The notes beneath the pieces were generated by a model that was not told where the DNA came from, ran no database searches, and was given only the letters and a program-made list of their open reading frames with translations. DNA of 64,000 nucleotides from Fistulifera solaris (Eukaryota): the NCBI GenBank assembly GCA_030295235.1, contig AP026135.1, positions 992,001 to 1,056,000 on the forward strand, given 5' to 3'. This document shows, piece after piece, positions 50,469 to 61,146 of this stretch. Position numbers and translations under genes: made by a program. The number at the start of each line of letters is the position of its first letter. Positions within the stretch are counted from its first letter, which is position 1.

Positions 50469-51064
50469 TTCGTCACAAAAAGAAGATTGATTTTCTATTC
50501 GTCAATTTGATACTATCAAACTGCACGATGTCTTACTCCGAACGGTGATGGTCAAGTGATCTTATCCTCGCTACAATTGTAATTTGTAAGTTACAAGGCA
50601 ATGCAATCATGCAAGTCTAAGAGAGAGAGAGATGTAAATGGCAAACGTTTTTCTTATTTCTCGGACCGATTCATCTGTATTGCAACAGTCATGTTTACGA
50701 AATGTTGTGACATGGCACTATCGACACGCAACACGCATCCATCAACCTGACGAGACCGCGGCGGAGGGCGGAGCTTCGGTTTTGGATCTCTGTGTAACTG
50801 GTTTTTGTACCATGGTACTATCACACAGGTTCCGGAACCGGTACCAGCAAGTCGACGGTGCAACGTCATTCTCTACATGGTAAGCCGAGTCTTGTTTCAC
50901 TTTCATTCCCGAAAACGACTCGGCGCTCGGCGCTTTTTCCACCTTCAACATCAACTTGACCGTCGAATTGGTTGTTGGTGACGATGATGAATTCATTTTC
51001 ATTGGCAAATCAAGGTCGCGGAAGATAGATAGTGTAATAGCAGCTAACAAGCACACTGCAAATC

Positions 51065-51848
51065 ATGAAGTTCTTGACTGCTGTTCTTGGAATGGGAGCT
51101 CTGAGCTCTACTTTTGCTTTCTCAACCAATTTGAAATCACCACACGCAAAGCCATTGACGTGTTTACACGCACAAAATCACCCAACAACCGCTCTTGTAG
51201 CAGCGGTATCTTTTTGTCTCATAAGTCCCTTTTACGCGTTTGCAGATGAATACGGAAGAGAGGTTGAAGCACCGACTTTCTCGACGGGCGAAACGGTCGA
51301 AGTAAGTACATTCCTTTACTTGTGGTACTCCGTTGGTGAATGATGCAAGAACTCACTACATCCATTATCTGACACAACTGTAACGACAGATTTGTATCAA
51401 ACGTGGTCCTCTTGGAGCTTGCACTCAAACAGAACGTCGGACCGTAGAAAACGACAACGACAAGGCACAAAAATATTTCAAGGGTGGCAAAACACAACAA
51501 AGTCAATTACTGGCCAATCAACGACAAGAAGAAAGTGCCAATGAGCTCATTGAGAAGCTAAGACAGCAGTCGATTGATAATAAGGAAAAGAATGAGATGA
51601 TCGTTGCGCAAAAAACATTTGAAAATGATCAGTCCGCCACGTTTGGTCCGTTTGACAAGCAAGTTCTTATTATGAATATGGATGGTCAAACATTTACGTT
51701 ACTGAACAATCCTCAGGCGATGCGACTAAAAGATGCAGGCTTTATTCAGGGGCGAAAGTTTGTGAAACAGCCGACTGCTGACGAGATTGAAGCAGCCGCC
51801 AAAGCAGAAGTTCCGGCTTTTCTCAGAGCTATTTTAGGTGATAATTAA
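51065..51848 (+). CDS. Unknown plastid protein, probably thylakoid-lumen targeted
   Basis: Signal peptide TFA-FS, transit peptide, and a second hydrophobic segment ending AFA-D. The intron at 51302..51389 keeps the frame (ETVE|ICIKRGPLGAC) through to the stop at 51848. Confidence 0.75.
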
Positions 51849-52686
51849 ATTGGCTGTTTGACTATTACGCATTAGTTTTGGAAGTTATTGAAGAAGGAGC
51901 GGCTAAATTGACACTAAAGAAAACACTACATTGTTTTAAACGTTCCAACTAGAAGTAGTACCAGAGTCAATGAGGAGTTTGACCTCTTTTGTAGCTACGG
52001 AGTACTACGCAAGAATACCCTTTAGCACTTTAGCAAGAGTAATCACCCCACCCTGTTACATTACAACTACAACCCTAGCTCTGCTTTGCTCATCTTAAAC
52101 ACAATAAGTTCCTGGTTCCCCTTCGTCAAGGAAGTTCATACGGAGCTCCCGTAGACATTTTAAGCGCTAAACTCTTTTTCATGTTTTGAGCTCCAACCGA
52201 TGTCGATTATTTTTCAATGGTACGAGACAAAGATGTTGCTTTGTGCTCATTAGGCTCGATCATTGACTAGGCTACACAATATCCGGATCTCTCGGCGGGG
52301 GGCCATGCTGATAGCATGGTTCGTGGTTCGTTGTACTCTGCAAAGTTGTGTACCTGCCGTTGCATCTGAACCTGCGTTTCGACAACGTTGACTATCGACA
52401 CTCTTCTTAACTGTAGTCTTGGATGTGACAATCGTTCCGTTGGGAAAGATGCAAGCATGCCGACCCCTCCTGTTTCGACACTTTATAGAAATTTGAAAAC
52501 AGTTTGTATCCTCACAAACGAAGAATGAACGCCCAGGAAAATAATCGTTCGCAAGCAACATAATCAAACAACCCGAGAGACTGGTGCTAAGGTAGAATGC
52601 CAAGAATATACAGGACAGGTCGATTGCTTGTTGATCGGCGATCTCGACAGCACGGACTTGACAGGCAACCATTCACAGACACCCTA

Positions 52687-53919
52687 ATGTGGACAACCAG
52701 AACGTTTCTGATTTTTATTTTCATTGTGCTGGCGTTCGCTTCCCTTCGCATGCAGCTTGAGTATGGGTCTCGTAATACTGCTGTTAAAGATGTGGTTGAT
52801 CAGTACACCTACGTGCCAACGGATGCCGCAGCACTGAAACTTCGAGGAACAATCAGTCATGACGAGTTCTTTCATACAAGTACTTCAACTTTTGGTTCAT
52901 CCGAACGACTGAGATTTCATCCGCCAGACTGGGAGATAGAAAAGAGTCACTTGAAGATTTATCCGATGTGGAGTTGTGATGATGACCCCAGCACACGGCG
53001 GAACAAAGTATTCTATCTTCACATGTCGCGATCTGCTGGGTCGACATTGCGTCCCTTATTTCGTGCATACAGCAAAGTTTGTCAACGGAGCATAGCATCC
53101 GTAAACATTTGCGTAGATTTGGGGATCGAGAGTACTTCTGGGAATGATCAATGGCAAAATGGGGAGCTAAGTCCGTACGCGGCAAGGGAATGTTTGCTCA
53201 GTGGTCCAACATCAAGAGAAGGCGATGCGATCGAGTCTCAATTGAATGGCCGCGTGAGTTCACAGTTCCTTGTAGAAAACGATTTTGATATCGTAACAGG
53301 AAATATTCCACTTGGGGCGCACATGTGGACAGAACAGGCAGTATTGTACGTGGCAATGATCCGACAGCCACTTGCCCGGTTTGTAAGTGAAATGATATTT
53401 CGATACGGATCGGAACGCATGAGCATTCCAGAGCTGGTGGCTCTCGTTCAGAGAACAACAACAACTAGGCTACAAACAAAAAACTATCGTGACTCATACT
53501 CAAGTTACTTCATTACACCAGAACAAAAGAAATGGGCTGATGTCGAAAACATTGAACTGACGACGGAAACGAGGACGAGTTTGGCTCTCAACAATCTTGT
53601 TAGCAACAAAGTCCTCATTTGCTTGGTGGAAAAATTTCCAGAAAGCTTACAGATGATTCAGTATGCCATTGATTCGAACCATGATGTGGACAACCTATTT
53701 ACCTTTTTTACCTCCCCTACAGAAACGGCAAGTATAATGCATGGCAACAATCGAACCAAGGATGTTATCAGGGCGATTGAAGAGGACGAGACCCTTCACG
53801 CCAATGTCCAAGAACTTTTAAAGTACGAATTAAGATTTTACGAATATGCGCACCAGCTTCATGAACATCAATACAAATGGATGCTCGAAGACTCAGGCAA
53901 TAATACACATTACGAATAA
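52687..53919 (+). CDS. Golgi-type (type II membrane) sulfotransferase family protein
   Basis: N-terminal TM anchor, 5'-PSB-like YLHMSRSAGSTLR and 3'-PB-like MIRQPLARFVS. Confidence 0.7.
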   Translation: MWTTRTFLIFIFIVLAFASLRMQLEYGSRNTAVKDVVDQYTYVPTDAAALKLRGTISHDEFFHTSTSTFGSSERLRFHPPDWEIEKSHLKIYPMWSCDDDPSTRRNKVFYLHMSRSAGSTLRPLFRAYSKVCQRSIASVNICVDLGIESTSGNDQWQNGELSPYAARECLLSGPTSREGDAIESQLNGRVSSQFLVENDFDIVTGNIPLGAHMWTEQAVLYVAMIRQPLARFVSEMIFRYGSERMSIPELVALVQRTTTTRLQTKNYRDSYSSYFITPEQKKWADVENIELTTETRTSLALNNLVSNKVLICLVEKFPESLQMIQYAIDSNHDVDNLFTFFTSPTETASIMHGNNRTKDVIRAIEEDETLHANVQELLKYELRFYEYAHQLHEHQYKWMLEDSGNNTHYE

Positions 53920-53968
53920 AAAATCGGAATAATTGAATAAACGTTACTACATCACTTCTCTCTTAGCA

Positions 53969-55977
53969 TTATTGTTTAGCAGTAGCGGTTTGGTGAGTGA
54001 AACGCCTTTTCATATCAAGGCGCAAGACGCGGTCATTTTCGGCTCGAAGAGATTTGTACAACGCTTCCGCCCTATTGAGGTTGGCATCGCCATCGTAAAA
54101 GGCTGATCGCAGTTGTAGCTTGGACATGCGCATAGCTGAGCGACCATCCATATTGGCGGGGATAACGCCACGAAACAGACGCTTTCGTGCCATCCACTCC
54201 ATGAGCTCTGTACGATTCCATTGCTTTGGTCCTTTGGCGACAACTTCGTCGTCATCAGAGACATTCACCGGGCTTTTCACCACCTTCTTATCTTCGACTG
54301 ATTTCCTGGGCTCCCCTTCTATGATGTTGCCGGCGATCAGCGTCGAAACTGTTTTCAACGTTTCCAAGGTATGTTCGGTGTCAGTGGCATTCGGTGCAAC
54401 TGTGGCAATGATGGCCAAAGCATTCGAATCACTGACCAAACTCTCTCGTAACACTCGAGTCAGCAGATTGGAGCGAAAAGGTATATGGACATTGTTTTTC
54501 TGAGAAGCCCGAATACATTCCTTGAGAGCATAAATGCTGGCGTTGATCTCCGCACTTTCGGCTTGGCGGTGTTTATCGTGGTAGATACTGTCATTTTTCC
54601 GCTCAGTCCCCGCGCAATCCACTAGTGTCAGCAGTCCTCCGTTGGCCAGACGGATCTGGTAGATCGCATGCGACCGACTCGAGACATCGTTTTGTAACGT
54701 CGACTGCGTTGCCCGCCGAGATATGGCAGTCTCGAGAACGAACGCCAAATCTTCGGCACAGCCAACATCTACAGCAAGAGCATTGACGTAGTGCACGGAT
54801 CCGTCGAGCTGCTCCTGAATCTGAACAGAGACTTTCTCTTCATCGGTTAAAAGATCACGACATGTTTTCCCAGCAAGTTCAAGCGACTGAACGAGAGCTG
54901 TATTGACATGTGAAAACAATTGCTCCCCTAAAAGGCGTTGACAGGCCGACATGGTGTAGGTCTTTCCACTGCCGGTTTGTCCAAACATCAGCAACGTCGC
55001 TGAGCGAGATTGTTGAGACAATACGCGTTCGACCAGCGGAAAGAAGACTTGCTGGTACACCTGCTCGGAAGAAACGTCCGAGTCAAACACTTTCGTCCAA
55101 TTATTGAATACCACCGGCTGAACAATTTTCGTATTCATATCGGCAGCCATTTGCGTACGATAAACAATCACATCGGAGTTGTCGCCCATCGATACCACGT
55201 TGAAGTCACCGCGCTGTTCCTCGTGTGAAAACATTGGCCTTTTACGTACGAAAGCATGAATAGATTTGCAAGATGGCGAGCTTACTTTGGGCGTGCTGGG
55301 TACGTTGCAGTCGACAATCAAGGAAGTGAATTCGCGTGAGTATCGCAAGCGTGCCGAGCGTTTATCCAAATTGCGGCGGGTAGCGATACCATCACTTTCA
55401 GAAGCCGAGTCTAAGACACAATTCAGAGGAGTGCGACCATGTGCGGAATTGATGGGTGAAATCTTTGACACTCTCCGGGTCGTATTCATCGTCGGGGTAA
55501 TACTCAAGCGCTTGTCGCTCTTCTTGTTTGTTGAAGCGGAGTATTCTGACATTGTAGCGATATTTCGGTTCGACTTTTTCACTGGATCTATTGTATCTTG
55601 CGTGACTGTCAGCGGTGTAAGCTTGCTTGTGGTCGTGCTAGAATTGGTGGGCGAAGGAGTTAACGCAGTACCTTCCGTTTGATTGATTACGGAGGGAGTG
55701 AGGATACTAAGCTTGAGAGGAGAACGCGGAGACTTCGATCCGAGACGATGAATATTACGTTCCATTCGTTGCCTGCTGCTCAAGTGTGAAGCGTCCATCA
55801 TTTTTGGAGACACAGTTTTGGCATTCTTTGGCAAATTGTCGGTGTTCAGAATTTGCTGACGGATTTGCAAAGCCACTGGCGACGGAGTCGCTTTCACCTT
55901 TCGAGCGGTTGCCTTCTTTTGACCGCCTCCGATCCTAGGAAATCGAGATCTTCAAACGAAGTGACAATTTTCGGCAT
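53969..55977 (-). CDS. Kinesin, kinesin-13-like central motor
   Basis: FVRKRPM, GQTGSGKTYTM, NDVSSRSHAI, LVDCAGTER, AEINASIYALKECIRA, HIPFRSNLLTRVLRES and EHTLETL. One A-run frameshift near 55918. Confidence 0.9.
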
Positions 55978-56492
55978 GATCGACTGATGGCAATCCCTCG
56001 ACCCTTGACACACTGATTCCTCGTGGAGAGATCACTAGCGCAAGCGGTAAATAAGGAGCAGATCTTACAGGAGGAGAACGATTATCTCACTTCCTTTAGA
56101 TGATAGTCTTTTTTTAATTCGACGCAACAATACCCGGTAAATAATGAGTGTTGGTGCTTGTTACGGTTTTGTTTGTTGACTCTTTTGCGGCTCGCAAGCA
56201 GGCCCGCTTGCGTTCATCCCTATTATGAACGAAACAACCTATTGGATTTACTTAGCCAAAAATGGTTTTCGTGTTCTTATAGTTTCTCGAATTCGAAAGC
56301 ACAGGATGACTCAGTGTGATCCAGTTTCGCGCTGCGATAATTACAGTGTCTCACTGATTCTCACGACCTCGCGCGATATCGCACGCTGCTTACAAAAAAT
56401 ACGTAGTAATGATCTCTGCGACACGCAGAGAGAGCGAGCGAGAGAGAGAGAGAGGAACAAAAAAACAGTGATGACTTGAAAACATTGAAAGC

Positions 56493-57491
56493 ATGGATAG
56501 CAGGCAAATACAGCAATTTGAGCCCGAGACCCTTAAAGCCAAGGATTTCACTGTCACTTACACTGCAAAAGATGTGATCTTGTTCGCTTTAGCGGTTGGC
56601 TTTGGTGCCGACGAAGAATGTTATGAGCGAGACCTTCGATATTTGCACGAACAACATGAAGAGTTCGAAGCGGTGCCTCTTTGGGGTCTCGCTTTACCCT
56701 TCTGGGCTCATCGGAACGGAGCACGACTGCTGCTTCCTCCATTTCCTCCTCCCTTGATGTCTCAAATGGGGCTGATTCCTCAATCGCATCTGCGCGAACA
56801 AGACATCAATTTACAAGATTATCCCGTCCTTCATATGTTTCAGTCTATTGAATGGCATTCTTCATTTCCGCCTGTTTCCAGAGATTTGTCTACTACATTA
56901 AACCTGCATCCTTCATTCCAGTCGATTCAACCAAAATCGATCGGTACCTTCGTCACCACGGAGAACATCATCGTTCATGAAACGACTCTGATTTGCTCGA
57001 TCCATTCAACGGCTCTGATTCTGGGACTACCGCCCCACTACGTCATCCCACATTCAGTATCAAAAAGGTTATCGAACAGTCGGAAATCGATGACTCGTAG
57101 CTCAGAGAGGGGCGTTGTATGGATGGAAAAGATGCAGAAAATCGATTCCAACGTTGCACTTCTTTATCGAATCGCCAGTGGCGATACGAACCTTATCCAT
57201 GTGCTACCCATTGTCTCCGAAAAGCCCCTGTTGCACGGATTGTGTACGCTGGCGATCGCCGCTACCTTCATTTTGCAACACATACCGGATGGCACTCCGA
57301 CAATGCTGCAAGGCCAGTTTACCAAACCAGTCTTGGTCAATGATACCATTCATATCAAAGTATGGAAACGACTAGAAAGTTTGGAGTTTGATTTTGTTGT
57401 TTGCAATCAAACAAAGGGAGAAGTTTGCCTCGATCACGGCTACTTTGCTTTGAAGAAAAGAGAAGTGTGCGGGAACCTATCTCGCTTATGA
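56493..57491 (+). CDS. Peroxisomal enoyl-CoA hydratase 2 / MaoC-like double hot-dog protein
   Basis: YTAKDVILFALAVG, hydratase-2 motif YRIASGDTNLIH..PLLHGLCT, FTKPV, and a C-terminal PTS1 SRL. Confidence 0.88.
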   Translation: MDSRQIQQFEPETLKAKDFTVTYTAKDVILFALAVGFGADEECYERDLRYLHEQHEEFEAVPLWGLALPFWAHRNGARLLLPPFPPPLMSQMGLIPQSHLREQDINLQDYPVLHMFQSIEWHSSFPPVSRDLSTTLNLHPSFQSIQPKSIGTFVTTENIIVHETTLICSIHSTALILGLPPHYVIPHSVSKRLSNSRKSMTRSSERGVVWMEKMQKIDSNVALLYRIASGDTNLIHVLPIVSEKPLLHGLCTLAIAATFILQHIPDGTPTMLQGQFTKPVLVNDTIHIKVWKRLESLEFDFVVCNQTKGEVCLDHGYFALKKREVCGNLSRL

Positions 57492-57937
57492 GGATGAAAA
57501 GAGTTTAATTGGAATAAGGGTGTTCAATATTCAATAGGGACTAGTTCGTTATGGGACAATCTAGCTGTTCGTCGCGAGTCATTCATGACGCGACGTTCAA
57601 AGCGAAAAGACTATGAATTGACCGAAAAGATATCTATCAAACATATCCGGTGCCATATTAAACGATACACCGCAATCGATCCGGACTTGACAATATCCAC
57701 GTGAATCTTTTGATAGCGGTCAACTTGCAGAAGCAACCCACTACATTTAAATATAAATGAGACATCGATTCTAAAACATGACGTCGCTAACTAGTATCGA
57801 GATTATTCCTATGCCCGATTCATTGTGAATTATATTTCTTGTAAGAGTAAAAGCCACATTTCATGTAGTGAATTTATTGATACGTTTGAAATAAATGCTC
57901 GGCCTCGCTCTCCTATAACTAGGCCGTGTTCGTATTA

Positions 57938-58017
57938 GGAAAGGACGTTAAAATTCTGCCTCCAGTACAAGATTCTACGTAGCGTCTACGAAGAGACAAA
58001 ATTTTAACGCCATTTCC
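57938..58017. repeat. ~80-bp hairpin / micro-MITE-like dispersed repeat, copy 2 (inverted relative to copy 1)
   Basis: AGGACGTTAAAATTCTGCCTCCAGTACAAGATTCTACGTAGCG..AATTTTAACGCCATTTCC aligns without gaps to the reverse complement of 31772-31847. Confidence 0.8.
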
Positions 58018-58508
58018 AAGCTCACAGTACGACATCGAAAATGCACCTGGTATTTACGAATTGAATTTTGATGATCCAACGTCGCCACATTTTTTTGCAA
58101 GAGTGAACCGTTGGAGGCTCACATTTTCGGAAACCAAGGAAAACAGCACAACACACTTCCTCTTCGCTCGTCATGTGCATCGGCACTTTGAGAGAGGATT
58201 GAAAATGAATGGATAGTTAAGAAGTATAGACTAAGATATCGCTTTGCTGAAACTTTTTATATGGCATCATGGACCTATTTTCCGACAAGGGCACACTGGA
58301 ACATAATTTTGCACAGAAGCCTTGGCCGCACTCGATGCCGTCACGTTCTAACAAGTCATTCGTCCATAACCTATCGTGTCCAAAGCAGGAGAACCGAGAC
58401 GAGGAAGATCCATCGATAGAGGGTAAACATGAAAGACATTGCGAATTTTTCTCCTTTTATGCGACGCTCGGGTGTTGCGCGTTGGGGTCCACACAAGAAA
58501 CTATTACT

Positions 58509-59444
58509 ATGACGGAAAAACCGAAGTGCCCCTGCTGCCAGCAATCCTTTGACAATACACTTTCAACACTGAGTGAGCCACTTTTACCACTTCATCAGAC
58601 ACCGTCGCTTTTTTCGTCGTCGGATGAGGATAACTCGGATGTCGAGAATGTGGATGGAGATTTGCTTCCTGGAACATTGACTGCTGGCATCAAGTATTAC
58701 CCAACAAGTGTGGTTGTTCAAGGCTGGCTACATAAGAAAGGTACGGGCAACGACTGGCTAGGTAACACCTCCTGGAAAGCTCGATGGGCTCGCATGATCA
58801 TGGCCAAAGTAGACGGTTACAATTGTGAGGTTCCACTGTTACAACTATATTGGCATTCATCTGCGCCTATGCCCTCCACTGTGATATTACTGGAATCTAC
58901 TGTAGTGCTAGCCATGGATCTCTCTGATAAAGATCAATGGGACAGTTCTCAGTTTGAGATCCGTCATGCTGCAACCAAAGAAAATCCCACGATTTCAGCC
59001 ACTCGCATATTTGCCGCACCGAAACATTCGCGCGATGTATGGGTATACATGATTAGTGAAGCTTTGTTTTCTTTTGAAAAGAATATGGCTGCTCACAAGA
59101 GAAGCGTGATGTCAACGACAAGGGGATTCTTCAGATCAGCTCCGCTGCAAACGGATGACAACATCTTAACCAACAATGTTCCTAGGAAAGAAAGTCCAGT
59201 TGATCGTGCCATTTCTGCCGTAGTGGGGCTTTCAAGTCGTCCGAGTCATCTTCCTCGACCGCAACGGACGAATCGTCGAAGTAGCAAGCATACTAACACT
59301 TCTCGAGGCCTCGGATTCCCTAGACAAGTAAAAGAGGACGATGAAGCCCTTCCAAATACCGATCCGAGCACGGTTACTATTGAGTGGTATGTTTATCCCT
59401 CTGCGCTTGCTCCGTCGAGGTCTGACAATCAAGCTCAGCCATGA
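58509..59444 (+). CDS. PH-domain protein
   Basis: VQGWLHKKG...SWKARW...LQLYW...FEI...IFAA...RDVWVYMISEAL. Confidence 0.8.
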   Translation: MTEKPKCPCCQQSFDNTLSTLSEPLLPLHQTPSLFSSSDEDNSDVENVDGDLLPGTLTAGIKYYPTSVVVQGWLHKKGTGNDWLGNTSWKARWARMIMAKVDGYNCEVPLLQLYWHSSAPMPSTVILLESTVVLAMDLSDKDQWDSSQFEIRHAATKENPTISATRIFAAPKHSRDVWVYMISEALFSFEKNMAAHKRSVMSTTRGFFRSAPLQTDDNILTNNVPRKESPVDRAISAVVGLSSRPSHLPRPQRTNRRSSKHTNTSRGLGFPRQVKEDDEALPNTDPSTVTIEWYVYPSALAPSRSDNQAQP

Positions 59445-59492
59445 AATACATTAAAACTCATCCATTTCTGTTTTGAATGAAATGCTCTGAAC

Positions 59493-60171
59493 CTATCTTT
59501 CGTCTTTGATCATTAATGGGCAGTCTACTTCTCCCAACCAATATTTGTGCCTAGGTTTACGTCTCCGTAAAACTTTGCCAAACAAACGTCCGTACAGCAC
59601 TTTATTTTCAACCGGTCTGAGTATCTTGGCAGTCCAATTATCCCGGGCATTATCGCTTCCTTTGCAAAGGGGAAGCGTGTGCACAGTCAACATACCGTGA
59701 ATGTTACCAAACACAATATCGGTAAGCAACCGATCCCCTACCATGCAGAGTTTAGCCGGATCTGTCACCGCAAAATGTTGTAAAACCTCTTCCAATCCGC
59801 CTGGCTTTTTTTTCTTTGTGTCGTATTACAGAAATTCCTAATGCCTCTTCTATTTGAAGCGCGTCACGAAAATCGGGGTCATCTTGCACAGTGCCCGCTG
59901 AGTTGCTCAAAATAGCAACACGCTCCTTCCCAAAGACATCCAAAACACGTTGCAGTCCGTCTGATGCGTCAGAATGTACACACGAGCCGTAGGGGGCCGT
60001 CAGCGTGTTGTCCTTGTCGAAAATTACTGCCTCAATTCCGGCGCATCTTTTTAAAGCATCGTAATTTATCTGGGAAACGGTCGGCACGGTAAGATGAGGG
60101 ACCAGTAGAGTTGGACGGCGAGCCACGGACGCTAATGTCAGAATGGCTTTGGAATTTACCGACTGCACCAT
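59493..60171 (-). CDS. GEP4: Phosphatidylglycerophosphatase (GEP4/YqeG HAD family)
   Basis: HAD motifs VIFDKDNTLTAP, ILSNSAG, IRHKEKKP and MVGDRLLTDIVFGN. One A-run frameshift near 59806. Confidence 0.88.
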
Positions 60172-60464
60172 GATTGGCAACCGACGGTGTAGCGAAACAA
60201 TTCCTTTCAACTGCTCGCCAAAGACGATCGTCGAAATACCTGGTACCAGGTAATGCAAAGATGAGCTAGCTTTTAGCCAATAAGCTACTGGAATCGATTG
60301 TCGACTCCCGCAATACCAGGTTGGGTTCCTATGGCCTTTTCTCGGCAACCACGCCAATGGACCTTTTGGGATTTTTATTGATCGCGAGCAAGGCGAGCGA
60401 TGGGCAGACGCCGAAAGGCGTCTTTCTCAATAAGTTTTCGCGTTTCGTCGTTCGCACAAACATC

Positions 60465-60773
60465 ACACCCCCATTTTTTCTGGGTACGTGAAAACACCAC
60501 TCCCCCATATTTTCTGGGTATGTGAAAACAACTACACACACTCCCACATTTTCTGGGTACGTGAAAACACCACACCCCCATATTTTCTGGGTACGTGAAA
60601 ACACCATGCGAAAGGCGAACGAGAATACGAAACACGAAATACGAAACTTCTGGTTAGAAATGGCCCTGAGCGACGTAAAAGTCTCACAGCGATGGACAGA
60701 TTTTTTTGTGAACGTGAACGTGACGACGTCACGTGTCCACCACACCCCAGATTTTCTGAGGACGTGAAAACAG
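60465..60773. repeat. Minisatellite, ~36-40-bp unit
   Basis: Four tandem copies of CCCCA(T)ATTTTCTGGGTACGTGAAAACAC (60465-60606) plus one diverged copy at about 60740-60773. Confidence 0.85.
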
Positions 60774-61146
60774 GATTAATGTGTCTGAAAAATGCTGCGC
60801 AGATTTTCTGTTACTGTAAAAACACTCTAAAGTATTGACACGTTTAAATCAAAGGAGTGTGCACTGGGAGACATGACGACATGACACGGGAACGCACTAC
60901 TACTTTGTAAATACGTAGTAATGTGGCATTTTATGTCGTGACTAAACGAATCGTGACTTGTGACACGAAATTTTTGTTCGACGTGCAGACGTTTTTTTTT
61001 TTGATGTTGAACAAGTTTTGAAGAATACTTTGTACTGTGGCTCGGAAAAGGCATCATTTGCATCGACGGACTTTCAAAGTAACACTTCTTCCATCGTTTA
61101 TTCTTTTCAGAGTGTAATCAACACTGCGTGTACTGTTATACTTATC

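Noticed and set aside
50638..51056. ORFs in the FTR-V / lumen-protein spacer
   Set aside because: Non-canonical starts or low complexity, no motif support, and located in a divergent promoter.
52250..52672. 140-aa minus-strand ORF upstream of the sulfotransferase
   Set aside because: No ATG-led coherent product or known motif. Treated as a spurious ORF.
56428..56456. (GA)n tract upstream of the hydratase gene
   Set aside because: Ordinary short microsatellite.
60465..60606. Possible CRISPR array (36-40-bp repeats)
   Set aside because: Units are directly adjacent with no unique spacers, no cas genes are present, and the context is eukaryotic. It is a minisatellite.
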